This document shows positions 27,149 to 39,777 of a DNA stretch of 64,000 nucleotides, in pieces. Position numbers and translations under genes: made by a program. The notes under the pieces are model-generated. The model made no database searches, was not told the DNA's origin, and worked only from the letters and a program-made list of their open reading frames with translations. The number at the start of each line of letters is the position of its first letter. Within the stretch, counting starts at the first letter, position 1. Source of the DNA: Octopus vulgaris (lineage: Eukaryota); the NCBI GenBank assembly GCA_951406725.2, contig OX597817.1:43338001-43402000 (forward strand), written 5' to 3'.

Positions 27149-27766
27149 AGAATGTAAAGACAGATAAAATACTGCTAAGCATTTTGCTCGGTGTGCTAAT
27201 GTTTCTGCCAGGTTGCCCCCTTAGTTGGAACAAATATTGCTAAGTACTTTATCCTATGTCCTAACAATTCTACCAGTCCACTACTCTCAATAATAAATGT
27301 TTCTGATTTACAAACAAGGACAGCAATTTTAGGGGCGTGGGAGAAGTTGGTATCATTATCAACCTTAATATTGACTCATACTTTATATTATCAACCCTAG
27401 AGAGATGAAAGGCAAAGTTGACCTTGGTAAGATTTGAACTCGGGACACAAAGGGCCAGAACAAATACCACTGAGCATTGTATCTCATGTGCTAATGAACC
27501 TGCCAGCTTGCTGCCTTCCCAATAATAATAATAATAGTCCTTTCTAATATAGGTAAAATATCTTAAATTTTTGGGGAGAGGGCAGGTTGGTTACACTGAC
27601 TCCATGGCTCAACTGGTATTTATTTCATCGACCTCAAAAGGAAGAAAGGCAAAGCTGACCTCAGCAGAACTGGAACTCAGAATATAGAATCAGAAGAAAC
27701 AAGAAATGCAGTTAGGTGTTTTGTGTGACATGCTAACGATTCTGCCAGTTCACTGACTTAATAATG

Positions 27767-27800
<34 letters not shown>

Positions 27801-27803
<3 letters not shown>

Positions 27804-27985
27804 TGGGGACAGCTGGGATTTTGAGATTGGTGCTCGGGTGTTGATTGTCTTCCATGATAAGTTAACAACCAGGTACCAAAGCTTATAATTTGCAGAAAGA
27901 GACCCTGTGTGATCCCAGACAACAGGTTGCCATCTGCTCTCACAGAATCAACCAGAACAAGTATGACAGAGCTTTGAGAAATAAA
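27801..27985 (+). mobile_element. Short 3' end of a second RLE-type LINE within (TAA)n
   Basis: Begins MGTAGILRLVLGC*, resembling the LGTA.ILRKVL terminus of the 12905 element. Followed by a 3' UTR; TAA runs on both sides. Confidence 0.6.
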
Positions 27986-28489
27986 ATAATAATAACAATA
28001 ATAAAAATTATAATAATCCTTTCTACTAAAGGCACAAGGTCTGAAATTCTAGGGGAGGGGACAGTCAATAACATCAAACCCAGTGTTTCACTGGTACTTA
28101 ATTTATTGACCCCAAAAGAATGAAAGGCAAAGTTGACCTTGATGGATTTTGAACCCAGAATGTTAAAGGTGGACGGAATGCCACTAAGTAATTTTCCTGG
28201 CATGCTAACAATTCTATCAACTCACCACTTTAATTATAATAATATTTATAAAAGGGAGCAGAGTGGCAAAACAAAGTCTCTGAACTAAGTGAATTGCTAT
28301 ATTTAGTTTCATTTCTCTAGGTTCAGTTTTCAAATCTGTCATTTATTCATGTGGGACTAATAAAATATGTACCAGTAATATTTTGGGAAATTAAAAAAAA
28401 AAGTAAAAAAAAAAAGAAAACTGAGGACTTGTGCCTATATGAGAAATTATAATAATGAGGTTTATTTAAGTATATATATAATTTTTTTT

Positions 28490-28760
28490 TGATAAAAACC
28501 AAGGCTGTGAAGATTTTAGAACATTTATAAATAAGTCTTACAGCTGTTTCCAGGATATTTATTATATCCCTTCATCAGAGACGGTGAGAGAAAATGGTTA
28601 AGCAATAGTTAATTTAGATAAGATACGAAATACAGAGAGAAGTGGAGGAATGAAAATAGATGTAAGATATGCAGGGATATTGCATTTGTAGATCTATTTT
28701 TTTAGGCAGAATGGTATACATATTAGATTCCAATATCTTGTGAGTAAATTCCAATAGTAT
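28490..28760 (-). mobile_element. Penelope-like element terminal-repeat remnant (second copy about 39458-39730)
   Basis: The two loci share aaggctgt...agatt/attaga.catttat...gtcttacagctgtttc...gagagaagtggagga...gagtaaa.tccaa, and both carry the hammerhead. No RT or GIY-YIG ORF is visible, so the class is inferred from the ribozyme type. Confidence 0.55.
28535..28582 (-). ncRNA. Minimal type I hammerhead ribozyme motif (Penelope-like element type)
   Basis: Minus strand GUCU-CUGAUGA-A-GGGAUAU-AAUAA-AUAUCCU-G-GAAA-C-AGCU-G-UA|AGAC. Stem I GUCU/AGAC, both core boxes intact, 7-bp stem II, palindromic minimal stem III, GUA triplet. Confidence 0.8.
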
Positions 28761-30403
28761 TTAAAATTGGTTATTCCAAGTATAGAGTTTGTACACAGTG
28801 CTATTGAATTGAGGGTTTTATTTAAAGTGGCCTAAAAGTAGGGAATGTATTATATTTCTTACTAAAATTTCTAAAGCTCTGCCAGCTCTTCTTTCACCTT
28901 TCACACTTTCCCTTAGAAATTCATATCTCATACTGCTTCTTACACCAGCAACCTCTCTGAAGGGGAGGGAGAGAGGGAGAGAGAGAGAGAGAGAGAGAGA
29001 TAGGAATATTTAGCTATGTCTCAACTAAATCTATGTATTGCTCAGTTTAATACCATAATACCACCACCTGATGGTCCTTGAGTACTTTCATCAGAGTTCA
29101 TACAATTGCAAGTATTTGGGGCCATGTCTCTGGTCTGGGGATATCTTCCTTCCATCACTCATAACAGTCCCCCAAAAGGGTCATGAGCACTCCTCTTCCT
29201 CATCTCACTATACCATTAAAAATTTCCTGCCACACAAGAGGGTAAATAATAATTTCTGATGAGATGCAAGTGTAATGTCTACATTCTGTTTCAGTAATAT
29301 TTTCCTCACATACACTAAATCAAAATGTAAAACCTCAGCTGTGAATTGTGGGTGAACTCATTTCTATTTAATAGATTTCATACTTAACCTTTTTTCACTT
29401 GATATAACCCAGGTTGTACTTGAATTTTGTGTCATAGAACCAGGGAGGACTTTTGCAGGCTGTTAGCAGAAGGGTTGATCTGTTACACTCTTAGTTTGCT
29501 TTCAAGAATTTTAGAAGTTTAGTTTGATTTGGTAAATGAGCTGCTTATGCACTGCTCACAGCATTCAATTATTATTTATATTTATCATCATTTAACGTCC
29601 GCTTTCCATGCTAGCATGGGTTGGACGATTTGACTGGGGTCTGGCGAACCAGACTCCAATCTGATCTGGCAGAGTTTCTACAGCTGGATGCCCTTCCTAA
29701 CGCCAACCACTCTGAGAGTGTAATGGGTGCTTTTATGTGCCACCGACACGAGGGCCAGTTTGGTGGTACTGGCAATGGCCACGCTCAAATAGTGCTTTTT
29801 ATGTGCCACCTGCACAGGAGCCAGTCCAGCAGCACTGCGATGACCTCGCTCAAATGTTTTTAAATTTATATATATATATATATATCTTTTACATGTTTCA
29901 GTCATTAGACTGTGGTCATGCTGGGGTGGCTAACATTATTGATACCTCAGTATGTCACAGCCTTCTGGTTCAGGAATCATAACTTATAAATCAGGTGCTT
30001 TTCAGTTATGAAGGAAGCATAAAAAGTGCTCACAACAGAAATTTGCTATTAATTAAACAATATTATTAGCCAATAATTAAAGGAACTGAATGCTAGCGGT
30101 GACTTTCTAAGAGACCTAACTAGCAACAAAGATAAAAGTTAAGTCAGAATAACTCCAAAAATTGAACTAAATCTCATTGATTTTACAAGAAGAATCTATC
30201 AGAAATAGGTTTACATATTTGCAGGTCTGAGCCTGCAGGAATGTGAAAGCGTTGCAGAGATCATATTCGTTATTAATGTTATAAAACTGTAGTTGCTCCT
30301 ATGATTAAAGAATTTTAGTGGTAAATTCCTTTAGTAAATTGGGGGTTTCCAATATTTCAAAAAGGCACATGAGGAAAATCATGCTTGTCATTTATGTAGT
30401 TTT

Positions 30404-30800
30404 TACTCTTTTACTTGTTTCAGTCATTTGACTGCGGCCATGCTGGAGCACCGCCTTTAGTCGAGCAAATCGACCCCAGGACTTATTCTTTGTAAGCCTA
30501 GGACTTATTCTATCGGGCTCTTTTGCCGAACCGCTAAGTTATGGGGATGTAAACACACCAGCATTGGTTGTCAAGCGATGTTGGGGGGACAAACACAGAC
30601 ACACAAACATACACACACACACATATATATACATATATACAACGGGCTTCTTTCAGTTTCCGTCTACCAAATCTACTCACAAGGCTTTGGTCAGCCTGAG
30701 GCTATAGTAGAAGACACTTGCCCAAGGTGCCATGCAGTGGGACTGAACCTGGAACCATGTGGTTGGTAAGCAAGCTACTTACCACACAGCCATTCCTGTG
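30404..30800 (-). mobile_element. tRNA-derived SINE family B (CORE-like ccttgggcaagt box, internal CA/TA microsatellite)
   Basis: Head ggctgtgtggtaagtagcttgc...ggttcagtccc; tail gactgaaacaagtaaaagagt. Other copies at about 2140-2437, 10228-10595, 24725-25040, 43352-43712, 48793-49122, 58627-59017, 61735-61908. Confidence 0.88.
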
Positions 30801-33692
30801 CTTAGATTTTGTTTCTTCTTTTTTTTCTTAATTGTTAATTTGGAAGAAAGAGCAGTGCTGATGACTTTCATAGGGCCTGCTGAAATAGAGGTGACATTCA
30901 GTCAGTCAACACCTGCGGAGAACATCCAGAGGGTGGATGTTCTGGGAAGGAAAGATTGGAAATGCTGATGAGTGTTGACTCAAGGTATGCATATGGGGTG
31001 GGATGGGGGGAAGGAGTAGAGTGATACAGTATTGAGTGGAAGAAAGGAGTAGAAGCAAGTGGATTTGGTTGGCAGTGATACACAAGCATCTTGTTGAAAG
31101 GAGTCGAAGCAGGTGGAGTAAAGAAAAAAAAAAAGGTAAAACAATAGTTAAAACTCTAGAATAAATAGTTTTAGTAGGGATAACTGAATATGTTCCTAAT
31201 AAATTGATGAGACCCATTAAAATGATGGCATGTTGGATGAACAGCATCAGATGTATGCATTTATGGAGGGCGAGCCTACATTGTATATCTTGTAAGGCAC
31301 TTAATTTTCAATGGCTCAACTCACATGTCTGTAAATATTTGACACAGGAAAATCTGTTTCTTTCTTTATTACCCACAAGGGGCTAAACATAGAGGGGACA
31401 AACAAGGACAGACAAATTGATTAAGTCGATTATATCGACCCCAGTGCGTAACTGGTACTTAATTTATCGACCCCGAAAGGATGAAAGGCAAAGTCGACCT
31501 CGGCTGAATTTGAACTCAGAATGTAGTGGCGGACGAAATACGGCTACGCATTTCGCCCGTATAACAGTCTGAACCTTTATACCGTTAGACTATGCAGCAG
31601 TGGTAATTTAATTCTCTAGTTTAATGACTAAGGTCAGAAATCACAACTAGGAAGATTGAATGATGTGAAATGAGTCAACTAATAATTAAAAATATTACAG
31701 AATTGGCTTAGCTTGCTGGAGTTTACCACCACTCAACGGTACTCTCACTGAAAAATAAAAGGTCTCCTCACCAAAATTTCCAAACATTTTCCTTTACTAA
31801 TTACATGTTAACCGATTTACTAAAGAAAATAAAAAGAATGCTTGCATGAATAGTAAAGTGAAGTAGCAATACAGACAAGAACTGAAGTGCTGTAAATAAG
31901 AACAGGGTACCATGATGAAGCTGAATGGCTAAGCAAAGCAACTATGGATGCTGAACGAAAACAGGTCACTGTAATTGGATAGGAACAAATGAAGTTAATT
32001 AGAAGTTAGATTGAAATCTAACTCTAATATGCAATAATTGGTAACATGAAACATAAATTAGACTCATGTTTAAGTGATGGAAGAACAGGTTACAGAAGGA
32101 TAATAATATTACCAAACAACAGGGCCAGCCTTAAGCCAACTGGATCGATTGCTCCCAATTGGGCCCCATACCCAAGGAGGCCTGGTGCTCAAGGAGTCCA
32201 CATCCTGTACTGTGACATTCAAGAAGGTGGTCTCCCTGAAGTTTAAAAAAATCTACATAAAAACACTCTTTTTTAAAAAACACAAACATACTTTCTACAC
32301 TTTAGCAACACAAGATACCAAAAGATAAACCCATTCATCTGAAATTGCTTGGATCAGCCTTGCTTGTATTTTTAGTGTAAGGGTCATTTTATGGGCATGT
32401 TTGGGTAAAATAATTGTGTGTGTGTGAGAGAGTATGTATGCGGTTATTTAAGTGTATAGTGAATTGTATGTATATATGTGTGCGTATGTCTGTGTGTTAG
32501 TTGCTCTAAATATACTTTGTATATGTTTAATTTTTGGGAAACTTTTTTATTTTAATATCAGTAGTGTTATACTCATTTCCTAATCTGTCAACAGAAGTGT
32601 GAGTCAAGGTTTGATTTTGTCTTCTGTACTGTAATAAAGTAATTCATTACTTTATGCCAGCAACAATTATTTATATATATATCATCATCATTGTTTAATG
32701 TCCATTTTAAATGATGATGATATGTATAATGTATATATATATTCAAATAAAAGTTATGAACTTCATTAAGGGATAGCAAAATCCTCTGAAAGTATTGGTT
32801 AGTTACCTATACAAAGAATGTTGAACATTACAGTTAATATTCATTTGTAAGGTAACTATATAAACCCTTGTTTATATATATTTGTTTATTACAATGAAAC
32901 TGTCTTGTTATCTCCAATAATATATATTCCTGTGCAGATAATAATAATATACTTTGCAATATTTGTGCAGAGGTGTCATCCTACTACTCTCCATTTGCAA
33001 CAACAATGAGGGTTCCAGCTGATCCGATCAATGGAACAGCCTGCTTGGGAATATAATTTGGAAGAGGTTGAGCACTCCAGACATGTGCTCCCTTAGCATA
33101 GTTCTCAAGGAGACTTAGCATGACACAGAATGTGACAAGGCTGGACCTTTGAAATACAGATACAACTCACTTTTGCCAGCTGAATGGAGTGGAACAATGT
33201 GAAGTAAAATGTCTTGCTCAAGGACACAGCATGCCACCGGGAATCGAACTAGGAACCTTATGACCATAAACTGAATACCCTAACCCTTAAGCCATGCACC
33301 TTCACTATAACTAAGCATTTCCTGCCAGAGGTGTATCACAAAAATAGAGACCTTGAAAACATTGAAACAAGGGCATGATAACATGGTCTTATACAAGAAC
33401 ATGAAGGTACAATATCTACACATAAAGCATACACAAAACACACTACATCCTTTTTTTTCTCATGCACAATACAAAGCTTAAACTTTCAAATTCTTCACAA
33501 CTGCCAAGCATATAAAATATCTGATGATTTGACAACATGAATAACAACAATAATGCTAATCATAATTATAATTATTGTTGTTGTTCATTAATTCAACAGC
33601 CTAGCTTATAGTAAGTCTGATACTTTTTCAAAGATCAGAAAATGGGATTGAAAAAGATCAGAGTTATTCAACAAGCATTATTTATAATTTAA

Positions 33693-33912
33693 CCCTTTTG
33701 TTACCAACCCAGCTGAAATTGGCTCTGGCTCTGAGTAAAAACGTCTTGTTTTCATAAGTTTTGAATTAAAATCTTTCACCAAACCTTAGTCATAGTTTAT
33801 ATTCCTAACACTAGCTTAATGTTAACTGACTTATTTTACTAAATTCTTTGTTATATTTAAAGTAATTGAAAGAAACACAAAGCATCTCAAAATAAATACA
33901 GTAATGAAAGGG
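33693..33912. mobile_element. piggyBac-type MITE, same family in the opposite orientation (partial copies about 18088-18291 and 61647-61733)
   Basis: TTAA-CCCTTT...AAAGGG-TTAA termini; internal sequence matches the reverse complement of 53840-54060. Confidence 0.85.
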
Positions 33913-34244
33913 TTAAAGAAAGTCAGAGTTCCATTTTGTTGGTAATTAAAGATGGAACATTCCAAATAATTTATAGTAAACTGTAACAAGGAGAGAGAGG
34001 GGTGGGCGAGAGTGTGTGTGTGTTGGTCTGGTGGTTTGGGTGTTGCACTCATGATAACAAGACTGTGGTTTCCATTCCTAGACTGGGAGGTGCATTATGT
34101 TGAAGAACAGCAAAATCATTTACTGATGGTGAGACGCTACGCATAGAGAGAAATATATTAATAATATTGACTGTATATTTAGGTTTTATATATAACAGCT
34201 AAGTCAATGGTTGAAAGCAAAAACTGAAGCGTTAGTCAAATCAG

Positions 34245-34286
<42 letters not shown>

Positions 34287-34342
34287 TTAGGTGCCACAAA
34301 TTTCATTGTACGATTCATTAATCTATTTACATTCAATTTCTC

Positions 34343-34348
34343 TTTATT
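34343..34348 (-). promoter_or_regulatory. Candidate poly(A) signal of the ZnT gene
   Basis: AATAAA on the - strand about 860 bp past the stop, followed by a GT-rich stretch. No transcript evidence. Confidence 0.4.
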
Positions 34349-34788
34349 TCAACATTTAATAATTTAAAATGTCATAAAATATATACAATCAACATACAAA
34401 AAAAAAATTAGATAAAATTAGTCCCAACCCTTAACAAAAAAACAAAACAAAAAAAACAACAACGAAAATACCAAGCTTAAAAAGCTCTTGGTTATCGACA
34501 ATGAACTAACAGAGATAAGGGCTTTGGACCCAAGATGTTTCCCAGATTAGCCTTGTTATTATTGATGAATGAATTGTGAAGAAAATAGTGATGATAATGA
34601 TAATGGTGGTGGTGGCAGCGGCAAGATGAAAGAGAAATATTTTGAGAGAAAGAGCAAGGTTCAATGGTTTTGTATAAATAACAATATAAACCCCACAGAC
34701 AAAAACTGTGACAAAGAAACAGCAGGGAAAGCCCAAAGGAAGCTGTTTGAGTGTGTGCTTAAGGCAGTTTCATACAGGTGTATAGATC

Positions 34789-35057
34789 TTTGTGTATGAG
34801 TGTGTATATGTAAATATGTGTGTGTGAGTGTGTGTGAGTATGGATATGTGTGTTTGTGCCTGGAGGTGTGCATACACATGTGTGTGTGTAATATATATGT
34901 CAACATATGTATGTAAAGTTTGTGTATGAGTGTGTATATGTAAATATGTGTGTGTGAGTGTGTGAGTATAAATGTGTGTTTGTGCCTGGAAGTGTGCATA
35001 CACGTGTGTGTGTGTGTGTGTGTGTATAATATACATGTAAACATATGTATGTAAAGT
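34789..35057. repeat. Tandem duplication of about 130 bp of TG-rich sequence in the putative ZnT 3' UTR
   Basis: Two units start ttgtgtatgagtgtgtatatgtaaatatg, each containing tttgtgcctgga.gtgtgcatacac. Confidence 0.85.
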
Positions 35058-35208
35058 ATGCATAGACACACACACAAATGCACTAGACAGTCAGTATATA
35101 CGCATACATTGGTATATATCTATATCCAACACCTTTAAATGTCTTCCCCACCAACCCAGGATGGCAGTTTTTGGGAGAAAGTTGAAATATTTGAGGTGGA
35201 AAAACTTG

Positions 35209-35354
35209 CTAATCTTTTGGATCTTGACATTGGACACATTCGTTCATGTTTTCTTCATATTCCTCAACTTGGATAGTTACTTCCATTGGACCAAATCGAT
35301 TTGTTAGTATGTTGGTAGCTTCTCGCATTATTTTCAATGGATCAGAATATTGGT
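35209..35354 (-). CDS. SLC30A2: ZnT2-like terminal coding exon
   Basis: tttttacag| acceptor; 146 bp to TAG. DQYSDPLKIMREATNILTNRFGPMEVTIQVEEYEENMNECVQCQDPKD*, with the TIQVE and C-terminal CxxCQ.P motifs of ZnT2/8. Confidence 0.95.
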
Positions 35355-35469
35355 CTGTAAAAAATATGAACACAAAAGTTTTTTGAATGATTGAATAATA
35401 TTTACAGAGTGCTATAGACGGCAGTTTAGAGTAATGGTTTTAAACCATTTTTGGCCTAACCCTAATTTC

Positions 35470-36668
35470 AAAATTAAGATAAAGTTCTTTTTCCATCGAA
35501 AATATACTCTCCTCCATTTTCTACAATGCTCTTCCATCTATCTGGTGGACTTGCAAGGCCCCTCTTCCAAAATTCACTTGTCTGTAATGAAAAATACTCC
35601 TCTAGTACTGTTCTGACCTCATCTACAGAATTCATATTTTTTCCTTTCAAATGATTTTGAAGACTGCAAAATAAACGATAATCAGATGGGGAAATGTCTG
35701 GTGAATGCTCCAGCCTTTAGAATGTCATCCTCACTGTATGTGGCTGAGCATTATCCTGATGGAAGAACACCTTTTGTCTTAAAACCAAAGATGGTCATTT
35801 TTCTTCTAGTACTGACTTAAGCTGCATGCAGTAGATCCCCTTTGTTATTGTTTGGTTTGGGTTTAAAAGTTGAAAGTGGACTAAACTTTTCACATCCCAC
35901 CAAACAGATAACAATATCTTATGTGGGTGAAAACCTTCTTTAGCTGAGATGCTGGTGTTTATCCTTTCCCTTCCCACTGTCTTCCACACTTGACATTTTT
36001 ATAGAGAAACTGTTTCTCATCATCAGTCACTATTCAGTCCCCCCCCCACCAAAAAAGGGGCTTATTCATGAGATGTGACAGTAAAGAAGAGCACACATTC
36101 GCTCTCTGCTTATAATTAGATTTGGAAAGTATGCAAAGAATTTGACCCAATTTGCTGACTTTCTGATGGTATGCAGGTGTCAATAAATAGTTGAATGACC
36201 AAATCCAAGCTTCTCTGCAAGTTCCTCAGCAGTTACGATGGGATTTTGTTTCACCTGGGTTTGCAGGATGTCCTCATCAAGCTCTACAGATCTTCCAGGA
36301 TAAGGCTAGTCTTTTAGGCTGTAGCTTTCAGCTTGGAATTTCTGGAACCACCATTGACACTGACTTATACTTATCGTCTAATACCTATATACTGCATTAA
36401 TATTCCTTGCAGTTTCCATTGCGTTGTTGCCTTTATTGAACTCATAAAGCAAAATATGCTGAATATACTCCTTTGTCACTTCAATTATAGCTTTGAAAAA
36501 ATAACTGTTAAAATCGAACTGCACTCTTCAAAACTTGCACTAAGAATAAGCACATGGTAAAATTACTACCTGCTTTTATAGCAAGTTGATGCAGGTAATT
36601 TATCCTGTCCCCCTCCAATTTTAGTTCATACAATTGCAAAAACCGCATTATTTATGGGATGACCAATA
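35470..36668 (-). mobile_element. Degenerate near-full-length mariner in the last ZnT intron
   Basis: Minus-strand pieces HILLYEFNKGNNA..WFQKF, VTDDEK, LLSVWWD, SPDISPSDYRLFCSLQNHL..RWKSIVENGGEYI, with stops and frameshifts. One TIR-like end tattggtcatcccataaataatgcgg. Confidence 0.88.
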
Positions 36669-37443
36669 CAAGCAACTCATTGCACATAAATTTTAACAAC
36701 AAAATCTTATAAGGACCCACCAAGGGCCATATGGATTCTGAAGTAATAGTAGAAGCACTTGCCCAAGGTGTTGCGCAATAAGACTGAGACACCATCATCA
36801 TCATAATTGTTTTAATGTCCACTTTTCCATGCTTGTATGGGTTAGACAGAGTTTATTGAGGCAGATTTTCTATGGTCAGATGCCCTTTCTGTAACATCGA
36901 CCCATACCTGTTTCCAAATATGGTAATATTTCCCCAGATTAAAAGGCAGTGATTAGTAAAGAAGTAGAAATCACAGAACAGAAGGTGCATGCTATAATGC
37001 TATGCAGCATTTAACTCAAGTCCCTTTATATTTTGAGTTTGTCAGCTTTGCCCATCATCCTTATGGAAGTAAGTACTGGGGTAGGTATATACATTTCTAT
37101 ACTGCCCACAAGGAGCTAAACATTAGAGGGGACAAACAAGAACAGACAAAGGGATTAAGTCGATTACATTGACCCCAGTGCAAAACTGGTACTTTATTTA
37201 TCGACCCTGAAAAGATGAAAAGCAAAGTCAATCTAGGTGGAATTTGAACTCAGAACGTAATGACAGACGAAATACGGCTATGCATTTTGCCCGGTGTGCT
37301 AACGTTTCTGCCAGCTCGCTGCCTTGTGGGGGTAGGTATATATATATACACTATTACACAAAATGTGAAGATTTGTGTCTACGTTAGACATCAAGGCAAT
37401 AGTAAAAATAAAAAAAGTAGTTTTAAAAGCCAGCTTCACTTAC

Positions 37444-37578
37444 CAACAGCTAAATGGACAGATAATGCAATTTTATTGGTTGTCAAACACCACATCCTCA
37501 AATTATGGATTGCTTTCACACCAGGAACATTATTCAATAACTCTTTCACCTGTGAAAACTTGAGGCTTCTTGGAACAC
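37444..37578 (-). CDS. SLC30A2: ZnT2-like exon: C-terminal dimerisation domain
   Basis: 135 bp, phase 1-1. GVPRSLKFSQVKELLNNVPGVKAIHNLRMWCLTTNKIALSVHLAV. Confidence 0.95.
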
Positions 37579-38867
37579 CTAGGTAAGAAGACAAGAAAAG
37601 AAAATGTCTGCAATTTCATACCTTAGTTCAAAGCTTATTTTCATAGAATATATTTATGAAGCTAACATGAGACAAGTACAGTGTGGAAGACACATTAAGC
37701 TATTCAAAAACTCATTTAACAATCCCCATGTGCTTTTGAATGGCTGATGTGTGTCTTTTATGCTGTAATTGTTTTGAGATTCGACACACAGTCTCAGATC
37801 AAATCAATTGCCTTACAAGTACATTTCTGTTAACATTAGAAAATTTCTATAAACATCATTAATAGAGCTGATCTGTCTGTGAGGAAGAGAACTTTATTTT
37901 GCAGCTGTCTGATGTATGCAATACAAAATATTTCACATATATATTCTCTCATGTACACTCATACAAACCTACAAGCAGAAATGCATACACAATATACAAT
38001 CAACAATGTATTCGTACAAATATGCATACACCTATCCATCAATATATACAAAACACACATATAAATATGAACATATATATACATGCTTAGGTTTAAATAC
38101 ACAGGCATGCACGTGAGCACACACACACACACACAAACCTAGATATGTTGGGGTTCACCAAAGAAGAACAGAATAAGCCGATTCATATTCACACAAATGC
38201 AATTGGTAAGAGGTACTGTGAAAATCTGCAGAACATTCTAGGGATTCTCCATTTGAGGCCCCAGAATTGAACACATGCATACAATCACATATAGAATATA
38301 TATATATATACATATATATACATACATACACATACATACATAAACATACATATATACACATACATACACATACATACATAAACATACATATATACATACA
38401 TATACATACATACACATACATACATATACATATATACACACACACACACACAGACATATACATACATACAAACATCAATGAAGCACACATGCACACACAC
38501 ACACAAAAACAAACATCATTGAAGCACACACACATACATACACACTTACATAATAAAGTAATATATGTACAATCACCATACAAGAGCAACTTCATCCAAA
38601 CACACATACATAACTGCACTTATCAAACAATCCAGATGGCCAGAGACTCCGAGAGCTGTCTTGATTTTTATTAAAAACAGAAACTTGCCACGTTGTGAGT
38701 AACTGGATTGAATTTTGCAAAGAAAGCAATTACTAATTGAAAGAAATGCATGCATACATAATAAAGCGGAGCGTATTCAGCTCACATAGAAAATAAAACC
38801 AAGAAAAAAAGCAGGTTGATACAAAAATAGTCTAAAATTGATGAAAACTTGACTATTATTTCTAGCA

Positions 38868-39088
38868 GTTGTGCACGTTTGTGCATGTGTACGCACGTTT
38901 GTATATGTGTATGCACGTTTCTGCATGTGTGTACGTTTGTGCACGTGTGTGTACGTTTGTGCACGTGTGTGTACGTTTGTGCACGTGTGTATGTTTGTGC
39001 ACGTGTGTGTACGTTTGTGCATGTGTATGCACGTTTGTGCATGTGTGTGTACGTTTGTGCATGTGTGTGTACGTTTGTGCATGTGTGT
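38868..39088. repeat. 18-20-bp minisatellite (acgtttgtgcacgtgtgtgt), about 11 units
   Basis: Direct inspection; lies in the ZnT intron. Confidence 0.9.
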
Positions 39089-39502
39089 ATATGTATGTTA
39101 GTGCATATTTGTAATTGTGTTACTGTAATGAAATGAGACCTTGTTCTCATGTCTTCTAAGACTTTAGCAGTTGTTCAGAGATGATGCATTTTCTTGAGAG
39201 TTTAAATTATCAGTGTTTAAGTTCAGATCATTTGAGCATTACTTCATGCTTTCTATACTGAGTATATCTAGCTCTCACCTTTTGACTATATATATATAAG
39301 AGATAATGGTGTCATTGAGACCCAAAGGTGTCAGGTAATGCTGAATAAGTGCTATAGACAGACCATAGTTAAGTTCCAGATTCGGTAATATTGCGAATAA
39401 AGGGTTCAACGTTTGTTCTATATCAGTGTGTGTATATATGAATTTTTTGCGTAATGAGATAAAAAATCAAGGCTGTATAGATATTAGAGCATTTATGGGT
39501 AG

Positions 39503-39554
39503 GTCTTACAGCTGTTTCTAGGATATTAATTAATAATATCCCTTCATCGGAGAC
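39503..39554 (-). ncRNA. Hammerhead motif of the same family as 28535-28582, core variant CCGAUGA
   Basis: GUCU-CCGAUGA-A-GGGAUAUUA...UAAUAUCCU-A-GAAACAGCUGUA|AGAC. Flanks are homologous to 28490-28760. Confidence 0.68.
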
Positions 39555-39777
39555 AGTGTGAGAGGAAAAATTAAGTCATAGTTAGTTTCGATGTGATATA
39601 AAATAGAGAGTGAGGTGGAGGAAAGATAACAGATGCAAGATATGTATTGAGTTCTTAAATCCGTTTTATAGGCATAATGGTATATATGTGTAATATTCCA
39701 ATATCCTTTGAGTAAAATCCAAAAGTCCAACAGCGTTTAATATGAGTCCATCCATATATATATATTTATATATATAT

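Noticed and set aside
29256-29300. CUGAUGAG motif
   Set aside because: No stem II or GAAA box; expected by chance.
37490-37510. HNLRMW instead of vertebrate HSLHIW in the ZnT C-terminal domain as a novel metal-site change
   Set aside because: H-x-L-R is common in invertebrate ZnTs and bacterial CDFs. The HxxxD/HxxxD transport site, HCH and CxxC are canonical.
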